A stretch of DNA of 52,557 nucleotides from Candidatus Bathyarchaeota archaeon BA2 (GCA_001399795.1 LIHK01000054.1:375-52931), one strand, 5' to 3'. Shown: positions 30,973-43,204, counted from the first letter of the stretch. Translations and numbers: made by a program. Notes: a model not told the origin generated them from the sequence alone.

Positions 30973-31745
30973 CTTCCCACCTCCAGCGCAGTGTATAATG
31001 GAGATGTCCCCTCGACTCTGTCAACCGTGATCAAGCCTCTTCGTCTCATAACCACTACGTGACGTAGCACCGTCTTGGAATCTAAGTCCAGACGCTCGGA
31101 CAACTCCTTGACGGACAAGGGTTTCTCCTTAACCAAAAGATAAATTCTGTTGCGCACAAATTCAGTGTCGATAACTTCGTTCAGGATTTTATCAAGCTCT
31201 TCCTCTGAGACTTTTTCTCCATACACGTTTCCATCATCAATCATCGTTTTCTCTCTGCCCACCAATAGTCGCAGTCTAAAGTCTTCTGCCGCTGCCTTGG
31301 CTGCTAATACACCTGCCAGTATGTTCTTGTCTGGTTTGTCTCCAGCCAACGGAGATGGACCCAGAGCTTTTATTTGTTCTACAAAATCCTTGACAAGTTC
31401 CGCAAATCGCCCACCCTCCGAGGCGGAGACCCATTCAAGACGTAGACGTCCCACCTCCAAACTAGTTCGCGCCAGAAGTTTTTTCAACACATTTATCTTA
31501 CGCTCAGCATAAAGGTTGCCAGATATATAGTGGCAGTCGCCAATATGGCAACCCATCACCAGGACGCCGTCGGCGCCTTGGGCCAGCGTTTCCAGAACGA
31601 TGACTGGCTCAACCCTCCCGCTGCACATCAACCTTATTATCCTTATGTTTGTCGGGTAGGATATTCTGCTAACTCCCGCTAAGTCAGCGCCAGCATAAGA
31701 ACACCAATTGCAGAGGAATCCAACTATTCTTGGTTCAAACGTCAT
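30969..31745 (-). CDS. mvhD: MvhD-like [2Fe-2S] protein fused to a C-terminal winged HTH domain
   Basis: Intact MvhD motifs in aa 1-130; the C-terminus KPLSVKELSERLDLDSKTVLRHVVVMRRRGLI is ArsR-like wHTH. Confidence 0.85.
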   Translation of the reverse strand: MTFEPRIVGFLCNWCSYAGADLAGVSRISYPTNIRIIRLMCSGRVEPVIVLETLAQGADGVLVMGCHIGDCHYISGNLYAERKINVLKKLLARTSLEVGRLRLEWVSASEGGRFAELVKDFVEQIKALGPSPLAGDKPDKNILAGVLAAKAAAEDFRLRLLVGREKTMIDDGNVYGEKVSEEELDKILNEVIDTEFVRNRIYLLVKEKPLSVKELSERLDLDSKTVLRHVVVMRRRGLITVDRVEGTSPLYTALEVGR

Positions 31746-33451
31746 GCGGATGTCCTCCCTAAAGCAGCGAGAGCCTGGGCCATCACCTGTTCGCTGGTAA
31801 AGTGACGCATTTCAATAGCCCTTTCAGGGCAAGTTGCCGCGCAGACTCCGCATCCCTTACAAACAACTTCCGTCACCCTAGCAACGCCCTTCTCATCCTT
31901 CTCTATGGCGCCGTACGGGCAAAGTTTCACGCAAGTTCCACAGCCGCTACACAAATTCTCGTGCACTACAGCCGTTATCGCCTCGGTTCGTAAACGTTTA
32001 AGAGCCATGGGAATAGCCGCCCTGGAAGCAACCCCAAAAGCTTGCGATACGCTTTCCGGCGTGTCTTTGGGGCTGTGAGCCGTGCCACAAACATAAATTC
32101 CGTCGGTCGCGAAGTCTATGGGCCTTAACTTGACATGAACCTCAAAAAAGAAACCATCTGGACCAAGTGGCACCTTAAGTATTTGAGACAGCTCCCTCGC
32201 GTCTTCATGCTGGATAAGGGGCGTCGACAATACTACTAGGTCGCTTCCGATTTTAAGTTCCTCATTGAGGAGTGCATGATAAACGTTGACGGTTAGTTCT
32301 CCGTTTTTTCCAGAAACAACTCTTGGAGATTTTTCTTGGAGGTATTTAACGAACTTAACTCCTTTGTCTTGGGCCGTTCGATAATGTTCTTCATAATGTT
32401 TTCCATAGGTTTGGAGCTCTCGGAAAAGGATGTAGACATCGGTGTCTGGATGCAAATCCTTTATGAGCAGGGCATTTTTGATGGCGGTCATGCAACATAT
32501 TCTAGAACAGTAAGTCCGGCCTTCTTTCTCCCTAGCCCCAACGCATTGAATCATGACTACACTTTCCGGCTTCTTCAACTGACCGTCCTTAAGAAGCTGC
32601 TCAAGCCTAAGCTGAGTTATTACGTTGTCGTATTCACCGTATCCATACATGCCAACGGGCTCAAAAATGGGGGCTCCTGTGGCCACGATTATGGTGCCTG
32701 CCTCAAAGTTTGCAGTTTCGTCGTTTGCCTTTTGAACCGTGACCTCAAAGTTTCCTATGAACCCTTTAACCTGCTTGACAACTGTTGACGTTAACACCTC
32801 TATACTTTTGTTCGACTTCACGGAGTTGACGACATGGTTTAGGCTTTCGGAAGCATCTTGCATGGTTGGATACAACTTGTACAGATGTCCAAGCATCCCG
32901 CCGAGTTCCGGTTCTTTCTCGACTATGTGAACCTTAAAACCTTGGTTGGAGAGGCAAAGTGCGGCGGTCATGCCTGAAATGCCGCCGCCGATGACTAGGG
33001 CTGAGGGCGTTACGTCTATTTCTGGTTCTTCCAGAGGCTTGAGTAAACGAGACTTGGCAACAGCCATGCGAACAAGGTCTTTTGCCTTTTCTGTAGCCCC
33101 TTCAGGTTCATGCATGTGCGCCCATGAACATTGATCTCGGATATTCGCCATCTCAAAAAGGTACTTGTTTACTCCAGCTTCTTCACAAGCGCCTCTGAAA
33201 AGTGGCTCATGGGTTCTAGGCGTGCAAGAAGCCACGATAACCCTGTTAAGATTGTACTTTGCTATACCTTCCTTTATCTTGCTTATACCCTCTGAGGAAC
33301 ATGTGTAGAGATTTTCCTCTGCGTAGACGACACACGGCAACTTTTTGGCGTATTCCACCACTTCAGGTACGTTAACAACGCCGCCTATGTTGATGCCGCA
33401 GTGGCAGACGAAAACACCAATTCTAGGAGTTTCCTCTTCCATACTTTCCAT
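31742..33451 (-). CDS. hdrA: HdrA-family flavoprotein (second-module type)
   Basis: CHCGINI, SCTPRTH, CSWAH, GGGISG, YCSRICC and a C-terminal ferredoxin; ATG 33451 follows a GAGGAG RBS. Confidence 0.9.
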   Translation of the reverse strand: MESMEEETPRIGVFVCHCGINIGGVVNVPEVVEYAKKLPCVVYAEENLYTCSSEGISKIKEGIAKYNLNRVIVASCTPRTHEPLFRGACEEAGVNKYLFEMANIRDQCSWAHMHEPEGATEKAKDLVRMAVAKSRLLKPLEEPEIDVTPSALVIGGGISGMTAALCLSNQGFKVHIVEKEPELGGMLGHLYKLYPTMQDASESLNHVVNSVKSNKSIEVLTSTVVKQVKGFIGNFEVTVQKANDETANFEAGTIIVATGAPIFEPVGMYGYGEYDNVITQLRLEQLLKDGQLKKPESVVMIQCVGAREKEGRTYCSRICCMTAIKNALLIKDLHPDTDVYILFRELQTYGKHYEEHYRTAQDKGVKFVKYLQEKSPRVVSGKNGELTVNVYHALLNEELKIGSDLVVLSTPLIQHEDARELSQILKVPLGPDGFFFEVHVKLRPIDFATDGIYVCGTAHSPKDTPESVSQAFGVASRAAIPMALKRLRTEAITAVVHENLCSGCGTCVKLCPYGAIEKDEKGVARVTEVVCKGCGVCAATCPERAIEMRHFTSEQVMAQALAALGRTSA

Positions 33452-33452
33452 T

Positions 33453-34784
33453 TCAATTCTCCTCACTAGCCACAAGTGCTATTACTTCGGCGGCTCTAGC
33501 AGCCGCTCCACTGGACTGCGCGACTGATTCTGGGATGTCTTTGGGGCCTTGAGAGTATCCGCATATAAAAATGCCGGGAACATTTGTGTCGACTGGTGCG
33601 AATAGCGGGTCTTTAGATTTGAAGAAACCGTGTTCATCAAGCTCTGCTCCAAGGATTTTCTCCAACTTGGTATTACTGTCGTTAGGAATCAAAGCTGGAC
33701 AGAGCACAACTAAGCCCACTTTTAACTCCTTTACTTTTCTGTCCAGTGTATCTTCATATCGGACTATGAGATCCCTTGTTTTCGGGTCTTCTATAATTTC
33801 GTCTGGTCGCCCCCTGATGTACTCTACGTCCCACTCTTCTCTCGCCCTCGTAACGAATTCTTGGAAGCCCTTTCCAAAGACCCTAAGCTCTATGTAAAAT
33901 ATGTAAACTTCAACTTCAGGCTTATGCTCTTTTAAGATGATGCTCTCCTTTGTAGCGTACATGCAGCATACGCTAGAGCAGTAGGGGAAACACTTCTTTC
34001 TCTGGCTCCTTGAGCCGACGCATTGTATGAAAGCTATTTCATTCGGCTCTTTGCCGTCTGATGGCCTTAAAAGCTTGCCACCGGTGGGGCCGGATGCGTT
34101 AACTAGACGCTCAAGCTCTAGAGACGTTATAACGTTCTTGTATTGTTTGTAGCCGTATTCTCCAATTATGGACGGATTGAAAAGGTTGAAACCTGTGGCG
34201 ATGATTATAGCTGAGACGTTAATTGTGAGTTCTTCTGGTTTCTTGTCAAAGTCTACGGCGTTGGCTTGACAGAACTTTTCGCATATTTTGCACACGCCTT
34301 TCTGGAAGTATAGGCAGTTATCTTTGTCAATTGTTGCAACCCTAGGTACGGCTTGTGGGAAAGGCAGATAAATGGCCCTTCTCATTCCTAGCCCCATCTC
34401 AAATTCGTTAGGCACCTTTATTGGGCATTTTTGCATACATGTACCGCAGCCTGTGCATTTACTCTCGTCAACGAACCTCGGATTCCTCAAAACTTTCACA
34501 GTGAAATTTCCGGCTGAGCCGCTGACCTCTTCTACTTCAGAGTAGGTGAGCAACTTAATGTTCGGATGGCGGAAGCATTCGATCATCTTGGGCGCGAGGA
34601 TGCAGATTGAACAGTCCATTGTTGGAAAGGTTTTGTCCAGTTGAGCCATCCTTCCGCCAATGCTCGGAGTTTTCTCCACTAGGTAGACCTCTAGTCCTCT
34701 GTCGGCAAGGTCTAGGGATGCCTGTATCCCCGCGATGCCACCGCCAATGACCAAGACAGAACTTTTCTCTCTCAATAGATCCAC
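33453..34784 (-). CDS. hdrA: HdrA-family flavoprotein (first-module type, no N-terminal Fe-S domain)
   Basis: GGGIAG, KTFPTMDC, ferredoxin insert, SLELER and YCSSVCCMYATK. Confidence 0.9.
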   Translation of the reverse strand: MDLLREKSSVLVIGGGIAGIQASLDLADRGLEVYLVEKTPSIGGRMAQLDKTFPTMDCSICILAPKMIECFRHPNIKLLTYSEVEEVSGSAGNFTVKVLRNPRFVDESKCTGCGTCMQKCPIKVPNEFEMGLGMRRAIYLPFPQAVPRVATIDKDNCLYFQKGVCKICEKFCQANAVDFDKKPEELTINVSAIIIATGFNLFNPSIIGEYGYKQYKNVITSLELERLVNASGPTGGKLLRPSDGKEPNEIAFIQCVGSRSQRKKCFPYCSSVCCMYATKESIILKEHKPEVEVYIFYIELRVFGKGFQEFVTRAREEWDVEYIRGRPDEIIEDPKTRDLIVRYEDTLDRKVKELKVGLVVLCPALIPNDSNTKLEKILGAELDEHGFFKSKDPLFAPVDTNVPGIFICGYSQGPKDIPESVAQSSGAAARAAEVIALVASEEN

Positions 34785-34787
34785 CGC

Positions 34788-36260
34788 TTATACGATTTCA
34801 TTAACTGGCTTTCCACCTTTCAGATACTGACTAATCGAATCAGCAACCATTTTCCCGGCAGCGATGGCCTCAATAACGGTCGCTGGCCCCGATATCACGT
34901 CTCCCCCGGCAAACACACCCGGCAAACTCGTTTCTAAAGTAACCGGGTCTACCAAAACGGTATTTCTGCGAGTAACCGCAACATCTTTGGGAAGAAACGA
35001 GAGGTCCGGTGTTTCACCAATAGCTGGTATCACCGTATCAACAGTCATAGCATATTCAGAGCCTTTGATTGGTATTGGCCTCCTTCTCCCAGTCTCATCA
35101 GGCTCTCCCAACATCATCCGGATGCACTCTATAGCGGCGACGTGTCCGTCTTCGCCTAAGATTCTACTCGGAGACACCAAAAACTGAATGTTCACTCCCT
35201 CTTCCTCCGCCTCTTTCACTTCCCAAGGATTCGCCGGCATCTCCTCCCTTGACCTTCTATACAAAACACATACCTCTTTTGGTCCAAGTCGAAGAGCTGT
35301 TCTCGCTGCATCCATGGCGACGTTGCCGCCCCCAATTACTGCAACCTTAGCTCCAAGTCTAACTTTTCTCCCCCTGTTTGTTTCACTGAGCAGGTCAAGA
35401 GCGTGAATAACACCTTTCAGCTCTTCACCTTCAATGCCGAGTTTTCCACTTTTGTGGGCTCCAACGGCGATAAGAATTGCTGCATGCTCACTTTTTAAAA
35501 GATCGTCAAATGTGAGGTCTTTGCCAATAGCCGTATTTGTTCTGATCTCTATTCCCAAGTTCTTTATGTATCGTATTTCAGCGTCTAGCACCTCTTTGGG
35601 AAGCCGATACTGGGGTATTCCCACCCTCAACATTCCACCGGGCTCGGGCAACGACTCAAAAACTGTAACAGGAAATCCCATCCTAGTTAAGTCGTAAGCA
35701 GCTGTAAGTCCCGCTGGGCCAGAACCAATTATAGCTATTTTTTCCTTACGTGTTTTAGGTATAGGCGCTGTTTTTTCCTTCTCATAATCGCCAACAAAAC
35801 TTTGAATAGTATCAAAAACCAGTTTGTCAACCTTGCTGCGCTTAAGTTCCTCTTCGCAAGGACGAAGGCAGAGCCAACTATAAGTTGCAGCGAAAGGAAA
35901 TTCCTGTCTGAGTAGATTTAACGCTTCCCTCAGTTTACGGGGTGCATCTAGCAAATAATCTTTTTCAACAGCCAATTCTCTTACTAACACGAAAATCTCT
36001 GGTAGCTTCAACTCCTGGGGGCATCTATCGTAACATCGGTAACACCTTGCGCATAACCAAAGTCCAACTTCTCCCAGGACATCCTCCAGATCAAGAAAGA
36101 ACTTTTGAAAAAAAACTCTTGGGTTATAATGTCTTGGAAAAACTCTTACAACTGGACAGGTTGAAGTGCAGGTTCCGCATTCATAACAGTATCTTAACTT
36201 ACTAGCGTCTAATGATCTCTTTGAAAGTTCTTTTGATATTTTTGTCGTTTGAAAGCTCAT
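34788..36260 (-). CDS. HdrC-like Fe-S domain fused to a GltD/NfnB-like FAD/NAD(P)H oxidoreductase
   Basis: CYECGTCTSTCP and WLCARCYRCYDRCPQ, then [26 protein letters not shown] and FAGGD. Confidence 0.85.
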   Translation of the reverse strand: MSFQTTKISKELSKRSLDASKLRYCYECGTCTSTCPVVRVFPRHYNPRVFFQKFFLDLEDVLGEVGLWLCARCYRCYDRCPQELKLPEIFVLVRELAVEKDYLLDAPRKLREALNLLRQEFPFAATYSWLCLRPCEEELKRSKVDKLVFDTIQSFVGDYEKEKTAPIPKTRKEKIAIIGSGPAGLTAAYDLTRMGFPVTVFESLPEPGGMLRVGIPQYRLPKEVLDAEIRYIKNLGIEIRTNTAIGKDLTFDDLLKSEHAAILIAVGAHKSGKLGIEGEELKGVIHALDLLSETNRGRKVRLGAKVAVIGGGNVAMDAARTALRLGPKEVCVLYRRSREEMPANPWEVKEAEEEGVNIQFLVSPSRILGEDGHVAAIECIRMMLGEPDETGRRRPIPIKGSEYAMTVDTVIPAIGETPDLSFLPKDVAVTRRNTVLVDPVTLETSLPGVFAGGDVISGPATVIEAIAAGKMVADSISQYLKGGKPVNEIV

Positions 36261-36831
36261 CGCCTCGACAAACCCCTTTCAGACGGTTTCGTCTATTTTT
36301 AACTTTTTAGAGTTTTTACGTAAGTAAACTGCCTTATTAACATAATGCCAGCCCACAGATGGTTTTCCTTCATGGCAGAAACCTTATCACCGCTACGCCA
36401 GATCAGGTTGTTCAAGGCTGATCTCTCCTTTAGAAACTACGTGTAGCATATTTTTCCAGTATAAATCTTTCTTTAACTGGAGCTAAGCCAGTATCTCAAA
36501 CCTAATTACTGATGCTGCGTGGCGCAAAGTTGAAGGAATAACGAAGCCTTTTGGGAGCGCTCATATAGACAGGGCGGCGGGACCATGCAAACGATGCCTA
36601 ATATCCACGCTGTTAGCAAAATACACTCGTTTTAACCGAACGACATTAAAAATGTAGAGAGATTAAAGAAATTGAACGAATTCGCAGAGCCATTTAGTGA
36701 TTTTAGGGGTTTAAACGAAACTTCTCCACTTTTCTGGTTCTATGCAACAACAAGCGCAGTTGAGGCAACGGCAAGGATCGGAGTCAACCCACTTTTTGCC
36801 GATACGAACTTGATAAAAAATTCCACATTTG

Positions 36832-37002
36832 TTACATAGCGCGGTCATATACCTTCGCTCTCATTAACAAATTGTCATAGTCCCTGCGATCAGAAACATT
36901 GATCGTCTTCATCACCTTTTCTTTTTTTATGTTTATTGTTTTGTCGCAGATTTCGCACAATCTTTCGGTTATCAACGTAACTTCAAAATCCTTGTTTTCC
37001 AT
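36832..37002 (-). CDS. Small hypothetical protein with a CxxC motif
   Basis: MENKDFEVTLITERLCEICDK...; overlaps the end of the AbrB-like ORF; weak support. Confidence 0.3.
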   Translation of the reverse strand: MENKDFEVTLITERLCEICDKTINIKKEKVMKTINVSDRRDYDNLLMRAKVYDRAM

Positions 37003-37220
37003 TTCCCGAACTTCACAGTCTGCAACGCCTTTTTCAACGCTTTTAAACTTTGTAGACTTTTTTCTATGAGAATTTTTCCATCTTTCATCGGGATCCACCT
37101 TAAGGAATCGCCATCTTTGAGCTTCAACAATTTGAATATCTTGGCTGGGACAGTCGTTCTGTGCTTATACTTTCTGACCGTGACCTTCGTTTCTTCTATG
37201 TAGAGGGCATCTTCTAACAT
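36972..37220 (-). CDS. AbrB/MazE/SpoVT-like DNA-binding protein
   Basis: RTTVPAKIFKLLKLKDGDSLRW...DGKILIEK pattern; GGGGT RBS. Confidence 0.65.
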   Translation of the reverse strand: MLEDALYIEETKVTVRKYKHRTTVPAKIFKLLKLKDGDSLRWIPMKDGKILIEKSLQSLKALKKALQTVKFGKWKTRILKLR

Positions 37221-37430
37221 TTTAACCCCTGAATTAATTATTGAACCGTCATAATTATTTTGGGTATGCTAGAACATTAAATATTTACTACTAAATTAGA
37301 GTAACTTTGAATATTGGAAGATAATGATGTTTTGGTATACTACCAAAACTAATCAAGTGGACGTAGAAGGTGAAAAAAATGATGTGGGAAGATTTCATAG
37401 CCCTTGTGGTTGCAGGATTGGGCTTGAGAG

Positions 37431-37604
37431 GTGGTTAACGTAAACGGAAAAGTTGTAACCATCGCTGTGGTAATTATCATAGTAGCTATTGTCGTATACG
37501 GCTATTTTGGTAGTCCAGGCGAAACGATAAAAGTGTCAGGTGCATGGGCCCTCTACCCGATGATGGTCAAGTGGGCCGAAGAATACCATAAGATCCGTCC
37601 ATAA
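37431..37604 (+). pseudogene. PstS-type phosphate-binding protein N-terminal fragment
   Basis: Membrane anchor followed by TIKVSGAWALYPMMVKWAEEYHKIRP, then TAA after 57 aa. Confidence 0.7.
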
Positions 37605-37625
37605 GGTTTTGAGGAGTTTACTAAA

Positions 37626-38393
37626 ATGAATTTAGGATTAGAACTACTCATATTTTTATTTGTAATGGCGTTTATTTGCGAGCTAATAGATACTTCGATA
37701 GGAGGAGGATATGGAACTATTTTGACTCCAGTAGCTATATCCATAGAGATACCTCTAGTAGTAATAATTCCGGCGATACTATTCTCTGAGATATGCACAG
37801 GGTTTGGAGGAGGATTATGTCATCATAAGTTTAAAAATGTAGATTTCAAAGTGGTTGGGTTAGACTTTCTTCTAGGATTTGTCGGAATTACATCAGGCAT
37901 TTTAACCGGCATAAGTATTCCTCCATTCTGGTGGAGATTCTGGATAGCTACGATAGTTCTAGGATGTGGAATCCTAATGTTATTTACTTTGAAAGAACGT
38001 TACATAGTGAAAGGAGAATTTAGACTAAGAAATGATATACCGCTCACCATTGTATGCTCTTTTAATAAAGGAATTTCGGGGGGAGGATATGGACCAGTAA
38101 GTACTGCTGGTTTAATCGCCATCAAAGCAAACCCTAAGAAAGCTGTTGGCTCCACGATATTATCTGAAGGATTAGTTTGTTTCATAGGTTTTGCAATATT
38201 TGTATTACTTGGTAAGGCGTCATGGCAATTAAATCCATTAACATTTTGCATCACTATTGGAGCTCTATTGGCTACATATCCAGCAGCATGGATTACTGCT
38301 AAGCTGGGCGCATATAAACTAAAGGCTTTAGTAGCCGTTCTAATCATATTTCTAGGCATCTGGTCATTCATTAAGTTGTTTAAGTTGGTTTAG
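37626..38393 (+). CDS. Sulfite exporter TauE/SafE (TSUP) family protein
   Basis: ELIDTSIGGGYGTILTP and NKGISGGGYGPV repeats; multiple transmembrane segments. Confidence 0.88.
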   Translation: MNLGLELLIFLFVMAFICELIDTSIGGGYGTILTPVAISIEIPLVVIIPAILFSEICTGFGGGLCHHKFKNVDFKVVGLDFLLGFVGITSGILTGISIPPFWWRFWIATIVLGCGILMLFTLKERYIVKGEFRLRNDIPLTIVCSFNKGISGGGYGPVSTAGLIAIKANPKKAVGSTILSEGLVCFIGFAIFVLLGKASWQLNPLTFCITIGALLATYPAAWITAKLGAYKLKALVAVLIIFLGIWSFIKLFKLV

Positions 38394-38479
38394 GAGATAG
38401 AAAAGATTACTTGAATACAGAAAGAAAATTTAATTTTTAATGTAGGAATTCACTGGCACTAGGAGATTTTAGTCATCGT

Positions 38480-38841
38480 GATCAGAAGAGAAAAGTTATT
38501 CGAGGAAAAACTTGCTGTACTTGGATTCTTCAGGTGGTGGATGGGGTCCAATACTCATGCCAGCTTTCGTAGCAACGGGTTCGAATCCCAGAAAGGCTGT
38601 GGGAACAGTGGAGTTTACTGAGCCAATAATCTCTGTAGCTACGTTTGTAACCTTCGGCCTCATTATAGGGTTTGAGAGTTTTCTGTGGAGCATAGTCCTT
38701 CCCATGGTGATAGGGGGAATTATCCTATCTCCAGTAGCCGCTTACGTATGTTCAAAGATACCTCGAAGACTGTTAGGAATACTCGTTGGATTGTGAATTG
38801 CGGCTCTGAATACTCGAACGTTGATAATGGTGCTACTATGA
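38480..38841 (+). pseudogene. Second TauE/SafE family gene, C-terminal remnant
   Basis: GGGWGPILMPAFVATGSNPRKAVGTVEFTE...LLGILVGL*IAALN; lacks the N-terminal half, has an internal TGA and an upstream frameshift (KLAVLGFF in another frame). Confidence 0.7.
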
Positions 38842-38858
38842 AAGTGGAGGAACGTTGA

Positions 38859-39122
38859 ATGCGAAAGCCTTATATGCGTGCGCAAGTGCAGGAGGATAAA
38901 ATAGCTCAAAAACGTTCTCATCAATTAATACTGGAATCTCTTGGAATGATTGTCAGCATGCATTCGGCCACTTCCTCGAAATTAGCAGTTGTTGCTGGGA
39001 TCGTAGTCATGGCCATAGCCGATGGCTTATCTGATTCTATAAGCTTACGTACTGCTGAGGAGGCGGAAGTTGAGAAAGGGGGAGGCAAACTATCAGACTC
39101 CCTAATCGCACCACAGCAGTAG
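38859..39122 (+). pseudogene. VIT1/CCC1-like membrane protein fragment
   Basis: LGMIVSMHSATSSKLAVVAGIVVMAIADGLSDSISLRTAEEAE resembles the VIT-like N-terminal helices; truncated. Confidence 0.5.
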
Positions 39123-39349
39123 ACCACACTAACTGGATTTTTCCTGTCTCCCTTGCTTTTCTTACCGCCTTTAAATAAACCTCTTCCTTTAGCCTAAAGC
39201 CATGTTTTTACCAACCCGCTTAAAACATCCAAAACTCGCAGATTAATTTCGTTCGATCGATAGTTTTCATGGATTCATCCATCCTATCCAAGAAATAATC
39301 AGCTAAATATTTATAACGCTTGACAACATCCTTCTCCTAGTGAACATAT

Positions 39350-39745
39350 TTGGGGCATACCTACGTAAAGGCTACATTCTATAATACTGTTGACTACGTC
39401 CAATACTTAGAAGGGAAGCGCAAATTGGGCGAGGTTAAGAAGGCTGAGGTAAAAGCCCTTGTCGACACTGGGGCAACTTTTCCAGCCCTACCCAAAGAAA
39501 TAATCAGTGAACTTGCATTGCCAAACTTAGGTGAACACCCAGCTGAAACAGCTGAGGGAACTGGAAAAGTGGAGCTTTCAGCCAACGCCATAATAAAAAT
39601 AGAGGATAGAATAGCTCAATCCCCCATCATCATAAGACCCAAAGGCACAACACCACTCATAGGCGTGGTAGCCCTAGAACAAATGGGCTACAAAGTGGAC
39701 CCAACAACAGGAAAACTGATCAAAGGACTACCGTTGATGCTCTAA
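39350..39745 (+). CDS. Clan AA (retropepsin-like) aspartyl protease
   Basis: ALVDTGAT catalytic motif; PLIGVVALEQMGYKVDP. Confidence 0.88.
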   Translation: MGHTYVKATFYNTVDYVQYLEGKRKLGEVKKAEVKALVDTGATFPALPKEIISELALPNLGEHPAETAEGTGKVELSANAIIKIEDRIAQSPIIIRPKGTTPLIGVVALEQMGYKVDPTTGKLIKGLPLML

Positions 39746-39859
39746 ACATTTCTGCTGTTTTTTGCCATTGCCTTGGGGATGCTACTTCTCGTTCTTCTTA
39801 ATTTTTACATTGCCAAGATCAAGAAGGAAAATCCAATAAAACTTATCTCTGGGCATGTC

Positions 39860-42125
<2,266 letters not shown>

Positions 42126-42250
42126 AGACCGTTACCCTTTTTCTCGTTCCCGTGTAGATAACAGACCACTGTGTTCTTCTCTGAAGGAGAGTAGTTCACT
42201 TTTTAATTTGAAACTTAAATCTTTCTCTCAACTCCTATAAACGTAGGGAA

Positions 42251-43204
42251 TCATGCTTTGTAGTAGTAGGGTCTTTTAATATAGCCGAACGCTTCGCTGG
42301 CCGCGATTATGGCTTGTCCAACAGCAGTTCCAATCTGTTTTACAGTGCCATTAGTCACGTCGCCAGCAGCGTAAACTCCGCTAATGTTTGTTCTCTGACG
42401 ACTATCCACAACGATATAGCCAGCCTTATCCACTTCTATTCCAGCCTCTTCGGCGATCTGGCTGTTTGGCGCCTCGCCGACTTGAACGAATACGCCGTCT
42501 ACGCTTATTTCTTTGGTTTCGCCTGTTCTGTTGTTTACTAAGACAACCCCTTTTACTCTGGTGTCTCCCTTTACTTCTTTGAGCTCTGTGTTCCACATAA
42601 TTTCCACCCCTTGCGCGATCAAGTCCTCTACAAGGGCTTGTTCTGCCCTTAGTTGATCTCTTCGGTGAGCCAGCTTGACACTGGACGCTACATTTGCGAG
42701 GTATCTGGCAGAAACTACGGCTGAATTTCCACCGCCCACCACAAGCACGTTTCTCCCCTTAAAGAGGGTTCCGTCGCACAATGTGCAGTAACTAACTCCC
42801 CTCCCTCGAAATTCGGCCTCACCAGGCACTCCGAGGGTTCTATGGTGGCTTCCAGAGGCGATGATCACTGCCGAGGCTGTGTAAACCGCTCTAGTCGTCT
42901 TAACACTTTTCTTTTCACCCTTAAGGTCGAGTTCAACGACTCTTTCCAACTCATTGATATTTGCCCCAGCTTTCTTGCAGTGTTCAGCCATTTTGTCAGC
43001 TAATTCGCTGCCACTAATGGCTCCGAAACCTGGGTAGTTTTCAACCAACGGAGCGTCAGCGACCGCTCCACCGGGCATTTTCTCGTCCAGAACTAGAGTT
43101 TTAAGTCCGCTGCGGGCACCGTAGAGACCAGCCGTTAGACCTGCCGGCCCAGCGCCTACAATAATTAAGTCCCAACGCTCCATAGTCATCACCATACGTG
43201 ACAA
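42251..43204 (-). CDS. trxB: Thioredoxin-disulfide reductase
   Basis: GAGPAG, ENYPG, GVSYCTLCDG, GGGNSA, HRRD and AAGD. Confidence 0.93.
   Translation of the reverse strand: MSRMVMTMERWDLIIVGAGPAGLTAGLYGARSGLKTLVLDEKMPGGAVADAPLVENYPGFGAISGSELADKMAEHCKKAGANINELERVVELDLKGEKKSVKTTRAVYTASAVIIASGSHHRTLGVPGEAEFRGRGVSYCTLCDGTLFKGRNVLVVGGGNSAVVSARYLANVASSVKLAHRRDQLRAEQALVEDLIAQGVEIMWNTELKEVKGDTRVKGVVLVNNRTGETKEISVDGVFVQVGEAPNSQIAEEAGIEVDKAGYIVVDSRQRTNISGVYAAGDVTNGTVKQIGTAVGQAIIAASEAFGYIKRPYYYKA

Noticed and set aside
33440-33480. Frameshift or intron joining the 443-aa and 569-aa hdrA genes
   Set aside because: The downstream gene has its own GAGGAG RBS and an ATG right after the upstream TGA, which looks like a genuine split.
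23674-36260. Selenocysteine-containing Mvh/Hdr subunits
   Set aside because: All relevant positions in MvhA L2, MvhD and HdrA are Cys codons, and the ORFs have no internal TGA.
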